64,000 nt of DNA, taken from the NCBI GenBank assembly GCA_000092065.1, contig CP000591.1; one strand, written 5' to 3'. A program made the position numbers and the translations under genes. Under the pieces are notes generated by a model. The model saw nothing but the letters and a program-made list of their open reading frames with translations. It did not search any database and was not told the DNA's origin. This document shows, piece by piece, positions 46,999 through 56,504 of the stretch. How positions within the stretch are numbered: position 1 is the stretch's first letter; every line of letters starts with the position of its first letter. Source of the stretch: Ostreococcus lucimarinus (lineage: Eukaryota).

Positions 46999-49900
46999 AT
47001 GCCCGCGCCGGGCGCGGAGGGGACGGAGCGCGCGTGCGGCGCGTCCGGACGCGCGCTGCGCGACCGCGCGACGCTGAAACACACGAGCAGACAGCAGGAA
47101 ATCATCTTGCAATCGATTCGAGCCACCGAACAGACGATCGGCGCGATCAAACGCGCGTCGCTGAGCGAAGAGATCGAAAGAAGGCGCGAGACGGCGCTTG
47201 GAATCGTGCGTGATATCGATGCGGCGTGGAAGGCGATGCCGGCGGTGCCCGAACGCGGCGCGGGGGCGGCGAGGGAGTGCTTTTTGCAGTGCGACGCCGC
47301 GGGCTGCGGCAAGTGGCGGCGAGCGCCGCGCGCGATGGGCGACGCGCTCGCGGGCGACGCGAAGTTTTACTGCAAAGACGGCCGAGACGGGAGATTTAAT
47401 CGATGCGAGATGGCGCAGGAGGTCGGCGACGATGAGGTGGATAGCATTTTGGATGAGAGCGTCGCGGCGGACGCGGAGGCGCGGGAGAGGTGCAAGCGGG
47501 ACATCTCGAACGAGCGAGGGAGGATGTATCAGAAACGGAAGAGGTTGTTGGAGTTGGAGCGAAGGCACGATATTGGAGAGATCGAACTTCAGGAGGACGG
47601 GACGTACGTGACGCTGGCGAAGCGGGGGAAGAATGGAAAGAATGGGAAGCGTCACGGGAATAACGGCGTCGGCGGACTCGGTTCAAAGGCGCCGCCGCAT
47701 CCTGGTCCGTTCGATGAGTTCGCGTGGGTGCAGTGCGAAGCGGAGGGGTGTGGGAAGTGGCGTAAGGTGAAGCATGCAGCGGTAGAGGGGATGTCGGTGC
47801 GAGATCGTTGGGTGTGCTGCATGAACGAAGACAAGGAGCATTCGACGTGCAAAACGCCTCAGGAGATGAGCGACGAAGACGTTGACAAGTTTAAAGTCGA
47901 TCAAGAGAGGCGAATGATTTTGCACCAGAAGCAATTACAAGAGCACTATGCGCACTTCGCACCGCGAGGGGCGAAGTTGCCCGAAGGTTTGATTCGCGTC
48001 ACGGTGCCGGTGCAGGACACAACGCCGCCCGAGGCGGAGCCGCCCGCCGCGGTACCAGTCGCGGCGCCGGCGCCAGGAACCGCCGAGACCACTAGAATAT
48101 CGATCGACGATGGACCGGAAGACTCGCCCATGTGGGTACCCGGGATACCGCGTCCGATGGCGCCGCTTGTGACGCCGAACACCATTCCTGTGCAAGTGGC
48201 TGTTTCGTGCAACGGGCACGCGGGAGTCTACCTTCCGCGTCGGAACCTGTTTAGATGCCACTGCGAGCAACCAGAACACATGTGTGCGTCGGTGAGCGGC
48301 GATGGTGACGGTCGTTTATTCGGGGGATCAGTTTGGGAGGCGCACTGCGGTAAGGCATCGACGAGAAAGTATAAAGCGTCCGTCAAGGTTCATATGAATG
48401 GGCCGAATCCGCAAATGTTCATTGGCCGCTGGTTCGATCGTGTCGGCTTGAAAGTCGCCGACGCGAAAGGCGGCGGTGGTGGAGGCAAACCGAAGAAGCC
48501 AAAGGTGAAGAGTTTCATTATGGAGCTCGAAGAGGCGATCCTTCCTGGACCGATTAACCAACTGTCGCTTCGTAATTTGATGACCATTTTCGGTTTCATT
48601 TTGGACGGCAGCGCCGTCGGCGAAGTTAAAGTCAAGACTGAAGGTGAGGAAAAGGAAAAGCCGAAGGCTTTGACCGCGAATGAGCGACGTGAAGAAGGTG
48701 CAAAAGAACTCGGGCGATTCGCATCGGTATGTAAGGCGTGGAAGCAGGCGTCGTTGACAGTGTTGAAGACGGCGGGCGTAGCCAAGGCGGAGAAGAAGAA
48801 TTTTGACGGGACCGCGCTGCGAACGCAGTTTACCGTGATTACAGAGTACGTCGACCGCAAAGATGAGAAGGAGTGCCAAATAGAACGCTCAGTGACGCTC
48901 GCGGCTAATCACCCTTTCGACAAAAAGTCAAAGATGAAGACGGCGCACGTCGACGACGGAACCCCTCCCGGGTGGTGGCCGTCGCTCGGTGTCAAGGCGG
49001 AACGTAAAAAGCTCGTCACAGAAGTCATCGAGCAAGAAACCTACGGTGTTGATTTCGTTACCGGTCGCGACGCAACAGAAACACTCAAGCGCGTGCTGCC
49101 CGATTACTCTGAAGACGATGTATGGGGACTTTACAAGCAACTTCTCGCGCAAGTGAACGAAAGCTACGGAGCGATGACTCCCGATACTTTGGCGACGCAA
49201 AACTTGGCGGTTGCCGCTGAAGATCTCGCGGTAAAGCTTGAACGTAAGGCGGACGCTAAGAGTTTAGCGTTTTCAAAGGCTTTATGGAAACTCGCTGCGG
49301 CGGCGATCGAGACGCCAGAATATTATTACGTGCACAGAAAAGGATTTGGCGTCGTGTGCAACCAACCGATTAAAAAGGGTGAGTTTCTCATCGACTTTCT
49401 TGGTGAGATCTATCCACCCTGGGCGTGGGCCGAGAAGCAAGATGCCATCCGTCAGGTGCAAAAGGCACGCGGCCTTCGCGATCGCGGCCCTCCGGAGTTT
49501 TACAACATGCAAATCGAGCGCCCGGGAGGCGACGCAGAGGGTTACTCGGTGCTCTTTTGCGACGCGATGCACGAGAACAACTATGCCGGGCGGCTTTCGC
49601 ACACCTGTGATCCAAACGTCGAAGTCAACTTGAAGGCCATTAATGGCAAGTATGAGATTCATTTCATCACAACTCGAGACATTGCACCTGGCGAAGAGTT
49701 AGCGTACAACTATCACAGCTGTACGGATAACATGAAGGAGGTCGAGATGGCGTTTTGCTTGTGTGGCGCTCGCATGTGTCGAGGTTCGTATTTGAACTTT
49801 GTTGGCGAAGACCACCACTCGCAAGTTTTGGAGAGCAAGCATAAGCTTATCGATCGACAAGTGATGTCGTTCAAGGCGATCGATAAGGCGGCGGATCCGC

Positions 49901-51084
49901 TAACTTCGAAACAAGAGCGATCTCTGGCGGCGGTCGGATTCTATCCTGGGAAAGGTTTACTCAGAAACTGCCCGGGATGGTTGCTTCAGTTTGTGGGTGA
50001 TGTAGCGGTGTACATGGATACCGAGCTCAACGAACTTCCCAAGCACATCCTCGCGGCGGCGAAGAAAGAGCATGCAAAGCTGTTGGAGAAGAACCCGCAA
50101 GCTGAGTTTTCTTACACCGAAAAGTTTGCCAAGATTGATGCGCTTGCGATGCGGGAAAACCGAACGCAGTGCGTCGCCATCATGCTGAGTAAATTGCGTC
50201 GACTTTTGACGCGGGCGCGCGATGATGGTCCGCAGAAAAGCGTGTACGAGTGCATGGATGTGTTTGAAAAGTCCGCACCACCGTACGTTACGCTCACCGA
50301 AGCCGAGATCGCCGCGCATTTTTGGGGGTCTGGTCCGGAGAATTTCGAAAAGTCCATCGTCTGTGGTCTCATTCGCGCCATGGGCCCGCACGAGCGCAAA
50401 AACGACGCGGATAAGTTCATCAAGTGGACTAGTATGGTGGAAAGTGTCGCCGTGGAAGTCCGCAAAGGCAAGATGACGCGTAAAGAGTCATTACTTTGGC
50501 TTCGTGATGAACTAAAAAAGCTCAAGCAAACCGATGGCGCGCGCCACGACCTCGCTGCGGGACTTATTCACTTATACGCCGAGACCAATCGGTTCTGGCA
50601 GCCCTCTTCGGCACCAGAGCATCAAGTTTATAAGAGTGACAAGGTCGCGGTGCGCGAAGACGAAGTCAACGCGTGGGGCGTTGGTGCGGGTGGCGGTGGC
50701 GATAAAATCGTCGCCAGAGTGGAGAAAACGTATCGCCCGGGATTTTCTGCGGCGACGATGCTGCAGTGGCACAAGCAAGAGATGGCCGACCCGACGCAGT
50801 ACATCACCGCGAATCGTAGGGGTAACTTGAGCATGCCAGATATCGCGTGCTGTTATTCCAGTCGTCCCGGACAGCCTCTCGCGAGGTCGAGTGATCGCGA
50901 GCATGAAACCTGGCTGGCGCACTTGCAGAGCTGGCCCGAGGAGCCATGGCCGCAATCAAGCGGGCCGTGGGGGGTCGCAAACTCGCAAAAACTGATCGGT
51001 TCGCCGGTTTTAGATGCTTGGATGAAGGGCCAGCGATCGATTCCGGCTAAATGCTTGGCGTGGTTGAAAACGAACACGGGCTAA
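46999..51084 (+). CDS. SET-domain histone-lysine N-methyltransferase with two CW-type zinc fingers
   Basis: CW fingers 'CFLQCDAAGCGKWRRAP' and 'WVQCEAEGCGKWRKV...WVCCMN'. SET 'GFGVVCNQPIKKGEFLIDFLGEIY...NYAGRLSHTCDPN...GEELAYNY'. Post-SET 'CLCGARMCRGSY'. ATG at 46999. Confidence 0.8.
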   Translation: MPAPGAEGTERACGASGRALRDRATLKHTSRQQEIILQSIRATEQTIGAIKRASLSEEIERRRETALGIVRDIDAAWKAMPAVPERGAGAARECFLQCDAAGCGKWRRAPRAMGDALAGDAKFYCKDGRDGRFNRCEMAQEVGDDEVDSILDESVAADAEARERCKRDISNERGRMYQKRKRLLELERRHDIGEIELQEDGTYVTLAKRGKNGKNGKRHGNNGVGGLGSKAPPHPGPFDEFAWVQCEAEGCGKWRKVKHAAVEGMSVRDRWVCCMNEDKEHSTCKTPQEMSDEDVDKFKVDQERRMILHQKQLQEHYAHFAPRGAKLPEGLIRVTVPVQDTTPPEAEPPAAVPVAAPAPGTAETTRISIDDGPEDSPMWVPGIPRPMAPLVTPNTIPVQVAVSCNGHAGVYLPRRNLFRCHCEQPEHMCASVSGDGDGRLFGGSVWEAHCGKASTRKYKASVKVHMNGPNPQMFIGRWFDRVGLKVADAKGGGGGGKPKKPKVKSFIMELEEAILPGPINQLSLRNLMTIFGFILDGSAVGEVKVKTEGEEKEKPKALTANERREEGAKELGRFASVCKAWKQASLTVLKTAGVAKAEKKNFDGTALRTQFTVITEYVDRKDEKECQIERSVTLAANHPFDKKSKMKTAHVDDGTPPGWWPSLGVKAERKKLVTEVIEQETYGVDFVTGRDATETLKRVLPDYSEDDVWGLYKQLLAQVNESYGAMTPDTLATQNLAVAAEDLAVKLERKADAKSLAFSKALWKLAAAAIETPEYYYVHRKGFGVVCNQPIKKGEFLIDFLGEIYPPWAWAEKQDAIRQVQKARGLRDRGPPEFYNMQIERPGGDAEGYSVLFCDAMHENNYAGRLSHTCDPNVEVNLKAINGKYEIHFITTRDIAPGEELAYNYHSCTDNMKEVEMAFCLCGARMCRGSYLNFVGEDHHSQVLESKHKLIDRQVMSFKAIDKAADPLTSKQERSLAAVGFYPGKGLLRNCPGWLLQFVGDVAVYMDTELNELPKHILAAAKKEHAKLLEKNPQAEFSYTEKFAKIDALAMRENRTQCVAIMLSKLRRLLTRARDDGPQKSVYECMDVFEKSAPPYVTLTEAEIAAHFWGSGPENFEKSIVCGLIRAMGPHERKNDADKFIKWTSMVESVAVEVRKGKMTRKESLLWLRDELKKLKQTDGARHDLAAGLIHLYAETNRFWQPSSAPEHQVYKSDKVAVREDEVNAWGVGAGGGGDKIVARVEKTYRPGFSAATMLQWHKQEMADPTQYITANRRGNLSMPDIACCYSSRPGQPLARSSDREHETWLAHLQSWPEEPWPQSSGPWGVANSQKLIGSPVLDAWMKGQRSIPAKCLAWLKTNTG

Positions 51085-51126
51085 GCGATAAGCATGAGCT
51101 TACAACTTCTTTCGTCGTCGATTTTG
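51085..51126. repeat. 42-bp direct repeat, copy 1 (intergenic, immediately after the SET gene stop)
   Basis: GCGATAAGCATGAGCTTACAACTTCTTTCGTCGTCGATTTTG. It is identical to 51215-51256 except for one base. On the minus strand it reads ...IDDERSCKLMLIA then stop. Confidence 0.8.
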
Positions 51127-51168
51127 CCTAGAATTCTTTGTAATATTTCACACGACTACTCGCCAATT

Positions 51169-52512
51169 CTAACACTGCTGCTGCTCGCGCTCGCGCGCGA
51201 GTTTCACCGTTAACGCGATAAGCATGAGCTTACAACTTCGTTCGTCGTCGATTTTGGCGTACTCCACAAAATCATTCGCCTTGGGCAACGCGCCGTTGAG
51301 CATGACGTGATCGTCGAAGAACAATGTCAGGTGCTCGGGAATACACAACAACTTGAAATAGAATGCGCAACCCTTGCGCATCGCGGATAATAACGTCGAA
51401 AATACGACGATCCTGTCTGTATCCGTGGTCGTCGCGATGTCGTCCAATGACGCGCCCGCTATGTGCTTCGCGTACACCTCGCGTTCGGTATCCGTGAGCT
51501 CTATTTCGCCCGCGCGCGCGCTTTGAGCGGATAACTCGCCTTTATCGACAGCATCGTCAAAGACGACATCGGTCGGCTCTTCGTCGTCTTCTTCGTCGTC
51601 GACGAACGCGTTCGCCTCGTCTTCGTCCTCGTCCTCGTCCTCGTCCTCGTCTTCAACTTCCTCGTCCGACGACTCGACGGGTTCGGGCAGCGGATCGCAC
51701 TCGTACGGCTCACCCCCGAACGATTCCACCACGTCTCGTTTCATCAGCGCGCGATACACTAGCAGCGACGCCCACGCATCCATGGCGGCGTACTTGATCT
51801 GACTCTCATTCAACTCTTCGCGCTCCCAATTCGACATTCGCGTCTTGTCCTTGGGCAACGTCTTCCCGAGCACGTGTTCGCACAACCTCGCCAACGACCA
51901 CGACGGCGCGCTCGGACACCCACCCTCGAACCGTTCTTTCGCCAAAACGCTCAACTCGATCACCCTCGACGGTTCTAACCCATAATCCCGCACCAACTTT
52001 CTCGCGTCGCCCCTGACGTTGAAGCCCGTCTTCCCCCGCGCGCCGTCTCGCGTCCATCGTTTGAATCGCCGCGTCAACCCCGCGGTGTGAATCCGCGCCA
52101 GCACCACCAATTTTTCGCTCAAATCCTCGTTCGCCACCGCGATCTGCACCAGCGACGTCTTGCTCTCCCCCGCGCCCCGCTTAAACGACACCTTCCACTC
52201 CATGTCGAATCCGCAGTGCTTCGTCGTCGCCGTCGTCCCCGCGCGCGCGTCGAACGCCTCGATCCGCGCCATCGCCTCCTCCAGCTCCCTCGCCGTGCTC
52301 GCGACGACGATCTCCCCATCGTACGTCAGATCGTCCATCGTCGTCGCCCTCGCCCGCGCCGCGCCCGCGCCCGCGCCCGCGCCGTCGCGCGCGTTTTCCT
52401 TCGCCTCTGCGTCGCCCGCCGTCGCGTCGTCCGTTCCCGCCGCCGCTTTCGCGCGTTTCGACGCGTCGCGCGCGCCGTCCGTCGCGCGCGCTCGACGTTT
52501 CGTCGGCGTCAT
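51169..52512 (-). CDS. DEDDy-type 3'-5' exonuclease domain protein (WRN-exo/Mut-7-like) with acidic linker and C-terminal helical domain
   Basis: Exo motifs 'GFDMEW', 'NVRGDARKL' and 'YAAMDAWASLLVY' (Y-x3-D). First ATG at 52512; the upstream M of the listed ORF is a GTG. Confidence 0.7.
   Translation of the reverse strand: MTPTKRRARATDGARDASKRAKAAAGTDDATAGDAEAKENARDGAGAGAGAARARATTMDDLTYDGEIVVASTARELEEAMARIEAFDARAGTTATTKHCGFDMEWKVSFKRGAGESKTSLVQIAVANEDLSEKLVVLARIHTAGLTRRFKRWTRDGARGKTGFNVRGDARKLVRDYGLEPSRVIELSVLAKERFEGGCPSAPSWSLARLCEHVLGKTLPKDKTRMSNWEREELNESQIKYAAMDAWASLLVYRALMKRDVVESFGGEPYECDPLPEPVESSDEEVEDEDEDEDEDEDEANAFVDDEEDDEEPTDVVFDDAVDKGELSAQSARAGEIELTDTEREVYAKHIAGASLDDIATTTDTDRIVVFSTLLSAMRKGCAFYFKLLCIPEHLTLFFDDHVMLNGALPKANDFVEYAKIDDERSCKLMLIALTVKLAREREQQQC
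51215..51256. repeat. 42-bp direct repeat, copy 2 (inside the C-terminal codons of the exonuclease gene)
   Basis: GCGATAAGCATGAGCTTACAACTTCGTTCGTCGTCGATTTTG. It encodes ...DDERSCKLMLIA of the exonuclease on the minus strand. Confidence 0.8.
51617..51653. repeat. coding hexamer tract (GTCCTC/GTCTTC)n encoding the Asp/Glu run of the exonuclease
   Basis: Read directly from the sequence. Confidence 0.6.
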
Positions 52513-52578
52513 CGTCGCGCGTCGCGCGTCGCCGTCCGTCGCGCGTCGCCGTCCGTCGTTCGCTTTCGCTCGAATCGC

Positions 52579-52614
52579 GTCTCGGCCGTCTCGGCCGTCT
52601 CGGCCGTCTCGGAC
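52579..52614. repeat. 9-bp tandem repeat (GTCTCGGCC)x3 plus GTCTCGGAC in the divergent promoter/5' region
   Basis: Read directly from the sequence. A second block (GTCTCGGAC)x3 lies at 52774-52800. Confidence 0.6.
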
Positions 52615-52773
52615 GCCGCGATCGCGCGTCGCACCGCGCCGCGCCGCTTTCGCGCCGCGATGGCGCGCGTCGCGACGACGCCGCGCGCGATCGCGCGCGC
52701 GTCGTCCGTCGCGCGCGTCGATCGCGCGCGTCCGCGTCGGCGTCGGCGACGCGCGACGCGATCGCGCGCGCGC

Positions 52774-52800
52774 GTCTCGGACGTCTCGGACGTCTCGGAC
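52774..52800. repeat. 9-bp tandem repeat (GTCTCGGAC)x3
   Basis: Read directly from the sequence. It lies between the divergent exonuclease and VWA genes. Confidence 0.6.
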
Positions 52801-52941
52801 GACGACGACGACGCCGTCGCGGCGCACGCGCTCGTCGAGCGGCGATCGCTGCTCGACAGCGACGACGCCGAGGCGGACGCGCGTCGGCGCGCGCTCGCCA
52901 ACGCGCGCGCGATCGCGGCGACGGCGGACGGCGGCGACGTC

Positions 52942-54549
52942 ATGCGCGACGTCGACGCGGACGTCCTGCCGCTGTTGCTCCGGCTGCGAAGCGCGGGCGC
53001 CAGCGCGGAGGGGCTGCGACGAGGCGCGGCGGGCGTGCGGGCGTGGAGGGACGCCCTCGCGCGAGGGCTGCTGCCGGACGCGTCGCTCGAGTGGCCGGAG
53101 GACGAGACGTTCAGGACGGCGCTGATCGAGGCGCTGGGGGATTTAGACATGGCCAGGTTCACGCGACGGTTTCCGCCGGTGCTGGACACGTTGATGAAGA
53201 ATGTGTTGGATATTTTGTACGTGTACGAACGCGATCGAGAGGACGAAGACGCGACGCCGGAGTTGCCGCCGACGGAGCCGCGGGATTCGGAGACGGCGAA
53301 CGATGGAGAGGGAGAGGGAGACGCGCGAGGAAGCGGCGCGGGCGAGAGCGACGAAGAGGAGGGGGAGGGCGAGGCGCGGAGTCAGGCGGGAGGGCGAGGC
53401 GGCGCGGGGGAAGAAACCGACGGGAGCGATAACGTCGACGAATTCGACGTGGGGATGGATGGCGACGACGGCGCGAACGAGGCGATGGAGCGGGCGAAGG
53501 AGAAGAATAAGGAGATCGTCTCGCGGCTCATGGAGGAGTTCAAAGAGCAGTGGGAACCGGCGATGGATAAGCTCGACAAGGCGGCCAAGGCATTCGAAGG
53601 ATTAGATTTAGACGACCTCGCCGACGGCCCGGAAGGCTTCGACCTCACGCGAGGTCTGTGGCAGCAGACTGGGTGGAAGGAGCTCGATTCGCTTCGCAAA
53701 AAGCTGCAAGACTTGAAAGAGTTGCGCGACATGGTGCGCAGTTTGGGCCGAGGCAGTGGTCGCGGACCTTTGCGTCGCGCGCCGCGACAAAGAGAGCGCC
53801 AAGGATTCCCCATAGGTCTCGTGCGAAGTCCGATGGAGCCCGAACAAACATCCGGTTTGTGCCGCTCGGACGATTTGTCCCGCATGATGCCGAGCGAGAT
53901 GGTGCTACTCGCGTCGAGTCTCCCGCAAGCGCGTCTTTTGCACTTTGCGCGTCGCGCCGAGCGCACTTTGCTGTCGTATGAGCGCGTGGGGTGGTCGGAA
54001 GAACCCGCGGTGACTGTAGAGGGCTTCGAGACGCGCCCCGCGGCGGAGTGCGGGCCAATCATCGTGTGCCTGGACACCTCGGGGTCGATGATGGGCGCTC
54101 GCGAGACCGTCGCCAAAGCCATGGTTCTCGAGTGCATGCGGCAAAGTCGCTCGCAGCAGCGCGCGTGTTATTTATATTCTTTTAGTGGCCCAGGAGATTG
54201 CCAAGAGCTCGAGCTCAAGCTCAACGCCGCCGGTCTCTACGGTTTGTTGGAATTTCTCAGCGGTAGCTTCCACGGCGGCACCGACGTCGACGAGCCATTC
54301 AATCGCGCGCTCGCTCGGTTAAACGAGGCCGAATGGAGCAACGCTGATATATTGCTCGTCACCGACGGGGAAATCAAACCTCCCGACGAAACCTTGATCG
54401 CCAATCTCAACGAGGCAAAGGAAGAGATGGGATTAAAGGTGCACGGTTTGCTCGTCGGCGACGCCGGCAACGCCGAAGTCGTGGAATCGATTTGCACTCA
54501 CGTACACGCGTTCAAGTCCTGGACCGCGGTCGGCGGCAAGCCATCGTAA
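52942..54549 (+). CDS. VWA (von Willebrand factor A, MIDAS-containing) domain protein, CoxE/ViaA/CbbO-like
   Basis: C-terminal VWA with MIDAS 'IIVCLDTSGSMMG' and downstream 'ILLVTDGE'. The N-terminal ~350 aa are helical and acidic. ATG at 52942. Confidence 0.6.
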   Translation: MRDVDADVLPLLLRLRSAGASAEGLRRGAAGVRAWRDALARGLLPDASLEWPEDETFRTALIEALGDLDMARFTRRFPPVLDTLMKNVLDILYVYERDREDEDATPELPPTEPRDSETANDGEGEGDARGSGAGESDEEEGEGEARSQAGGRGGAGEETDGSDNVDEFDVGMDGDDGANEAMERAKEKNKEIVSRLMEEFKEQWEPAMDKLDKAAKAFEGLDLDDLADGPEGFDLTRGLWQQTGWKELDSLRKKLQDLKELRDMVRSLGRGSGRGPLRRAPRQRERQGFPIGLVRSPMEPEQTSGLCRSDDLSRMMPSEMVLLASSLPQARLLHFARRAERTLLSYERVGWSEEPAVTVEGFETRPAAECGPIIVCLDTSGSMMGARETVAKAMVLECMRQSRSQQRACYLYSFSGPGDCQELELKLNAAGLYGLLEFLSGSFHGGTDVDEPFNRALARLNEAEWSNADILLVTDGEIKPPDETLIANLNEAKEEMGLKVHGLLVGDAGNAEVVESICTHVHAFKSWTAVGGKPS

Positions 54550-54650
54550 TTACGTACCTCACTAGTTTACGTATCATGATAAGCATTCTTTAACGACCTT
54601 TCGATCCCCAACCGTCGGTTCGCGCCGCGTCGTCCGCAGTGCTCGCAGCG

Positions 54651-56333
54651 ATGCTCGCGCTCACGCGCGCGCGCAACGCCGGCATCCGCACCCCGCTCGC
54701 CTTTCGCGCCGCCGTCGAGCGCGAGCGAACGCTTCGACCGCTCGAGCTCGTCGAGCGCATCGACAGCGCGTGCGCGCCGACGTGCGTCGACCTCGACGCG
54801 TGCGAGCGTCGGTACCTCCTCGTCGGTGGAATCGACGGCAGCGTGCGCGCGTACGACACCGAAGCCGTCGTCGAGGGCGCTCGAGCGCGCGATGATGACT
54901 GCTCGAGAGCGCGGTCGACGCCCGAGCTCGTGTGCGTCATCGAAGGCGGCGGCGCGCGCGAGGCGAATCGCGCGGGCGCGAGCGGGACGGCGAGCGGGAC
55001 GGCGAGCGGGGCGGCGGCGACGAGCGAGGAGATCGGACACACCTACGCGACCTCGTGCGTGCGATGGTTGCCGAGTGATACGGGGATGTTTTTCTCTGGG
55101 TCGTACGACAAGACGGTGAAGTGTTGGGATGCGAATAGCTTGCGCTCGGCGTGCGACGTCGAGCTGCCGACGAAGTGTCGAACGTTGGCGCTGAGCGACG
55201 CGGCGACGACGCACTCGCTCGTCGCGATTGGTTCGGACGATAACGTCGTGCGATTGTGGGATCCGGCGTCGAATGCGATCGCGCACACGCTTTCGGGGCA
55301 TCGTGGAAGCGTGCACGCGATCGAGTGGTTACGATCGAACGAGCACGCGTTGGCCACGGGCGGCGCCGAGGGCGACGTTCGGTTGTGGGATATTCGAAGC
55401 GCGGGGGCGTACATGATTTTGGACAGGCACAATACACAACCTAGCGCGCGTGTGGACGCCATCAAGGATGCGATGTACGCCGGCGCGAGCACGAGCGGAA
55501 CTATTGAGGCTGGGCCGAAACCGGCGTCCAGAAAGATGGCGGATTCCGTGCCCGACCACTTACGCGCGGACGCCGCTCGACGGTGCTCGTCGTCGAGTTG
55601 GGGGCGCTCGAACGACGGTGGTGCGAGTTCGAGCTCAAAGCGCGGACGCAACGGTGGGTGGGGAGGCTGGGGCGTGGGATTTCGTGGGAACAAGAGCGCG
55701 AGAGGTCGCGACGAACGCGATGACGCCTCGCGATCGCGTCTGTTCCCCGCGGGTGACGGTTACTCGTCTATTCCCGCTCCCGCGCACGACGGACAAGTGA
55801 GCGGCTTGAGAACCACGCCGTGCGGGATGTTCATAGTTTCCACCGGCGCCGACGGTCGCATTCGTCGCTGGGATTTATCCAATGGATTGAACACGTACAC
55901 GCCGTACGACTCCGCCGGTGCCGCGCCGACGGCGAGCGCGTGCCAAATCGCAATCACGGCCGACGGCGAGCGTCTGTACGTCCCTTGCACCGACACACGC
56001 GTGCGCGTCTATCGCACGCACACCGGCACCCTCGACGCAGAGCTCAAAGGCCATCTCGACGACGTCGTCGCGTGCGCCTACAAGGATGGCGGCGACGCCA
56101 AACTCTTCACCTGCGGCAAAGACGCCAACGTCCTCGTCTGGGCCCCCGTGAGCGCGTCAGCGTCGTCAAAGCACTCGGGCGACATCGACGGCGATGCGTG
56201 GAGCGACGACGACGACGCGGATGGCGCCGCGGACGCGTACGGGCGCCCGTCCGCCGTGGCGGATCCCAATCGCTCGCGCTCGGCGCCGCGCGGTTTGGGA
56301 TACCGTTCAATCCACACACCCCGCGCGCGTTGA
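54651..56333 (+). CDS. ERCC8: Cockayne syndrome A protein CSA/ERCC8 ortholog (WD40; transcription-coupled repair)
   Basis: 'MLALTRARNAGIRTPL' matches human 'MLGFLSARQTGLEDPL'. 'VRWLPSDTGMFFSGSYDKTVKCWDANSL' matches '[28 protein letters not shown]'. 'ALATGGAEGDVRLWDIRSAGAYMILDRHN' matches '[30 protein letters not shown]'. C-terminal 'KLFTCGKDANVLVWAP'. Confidence 0.85.
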   Translation: MLALTRARNAGIRTPLAFRAAVERERTLRPLELVERIDSACAPTCVDLDACERRYLLVGGIDGSVRAYDTEAVVEGARARDDDCSRARSTPELVCVIEGGGAREANRAGASGTASGTASGAAATSEEIGHTYATSCVRWLPSDTGMFFSGSYDKTVKCWDANSLRSACDVELPTKCRTLALSDAATTHSLVAIGSDDNVVRLWDPASNAIAHTLSGHRGSVHAIEWLRSNEHALATGGAEGDVRLWDIRSAGAYMILDRHNTQPSARVDAIKDAMYAGASTSGTIEAGPKPASRKMADSVPDHLRADAARRCSSSSWGRSNDGGASSSSKRGRNGGWGGWGVGFRGNKSARGRDERDDASRSRLFPAGDGYSSIPAPAHDGQVSGLRTTPCGMFIVSTGADGRIRRWDLSNGLNTYTPYDSAGAAPTASACQIAITADGERLYVPCTDTRVRVYRTHTGTLDAELKGHLDDVVACAYKDGGDAKLFTCGKDANVLVWAPVSASASSKHSGDIDGDAWSDDDDADGAADAYGRPSAVADPNRSRSAPRGLGYRSIHTPRAR

Positions 56334-56504
56334 CGCGCGCGAACCCTCGTTAGGCATCATAGTCTAGTTTTTAGCCACACAGTCTTTAGCCACGCACGCA
56401 GCGTCGGACTCGCGTCAACCTCCGCGCGCCGTCGACGCCGCCGTCGACGGCGCCGACGTCAACTGCACATCTCGTCGGGCGCGAACGCACGTCGCGCCGA
56501 CGCG

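Noticed and set aside
52087-52941. Upstream 285 codons of the VWA ORF
   Set aside because: It overlaps the exonuclease gene on the other strand and is Arg/Ala low-complexity. The first ATG after the exonuclease start region is 52942.
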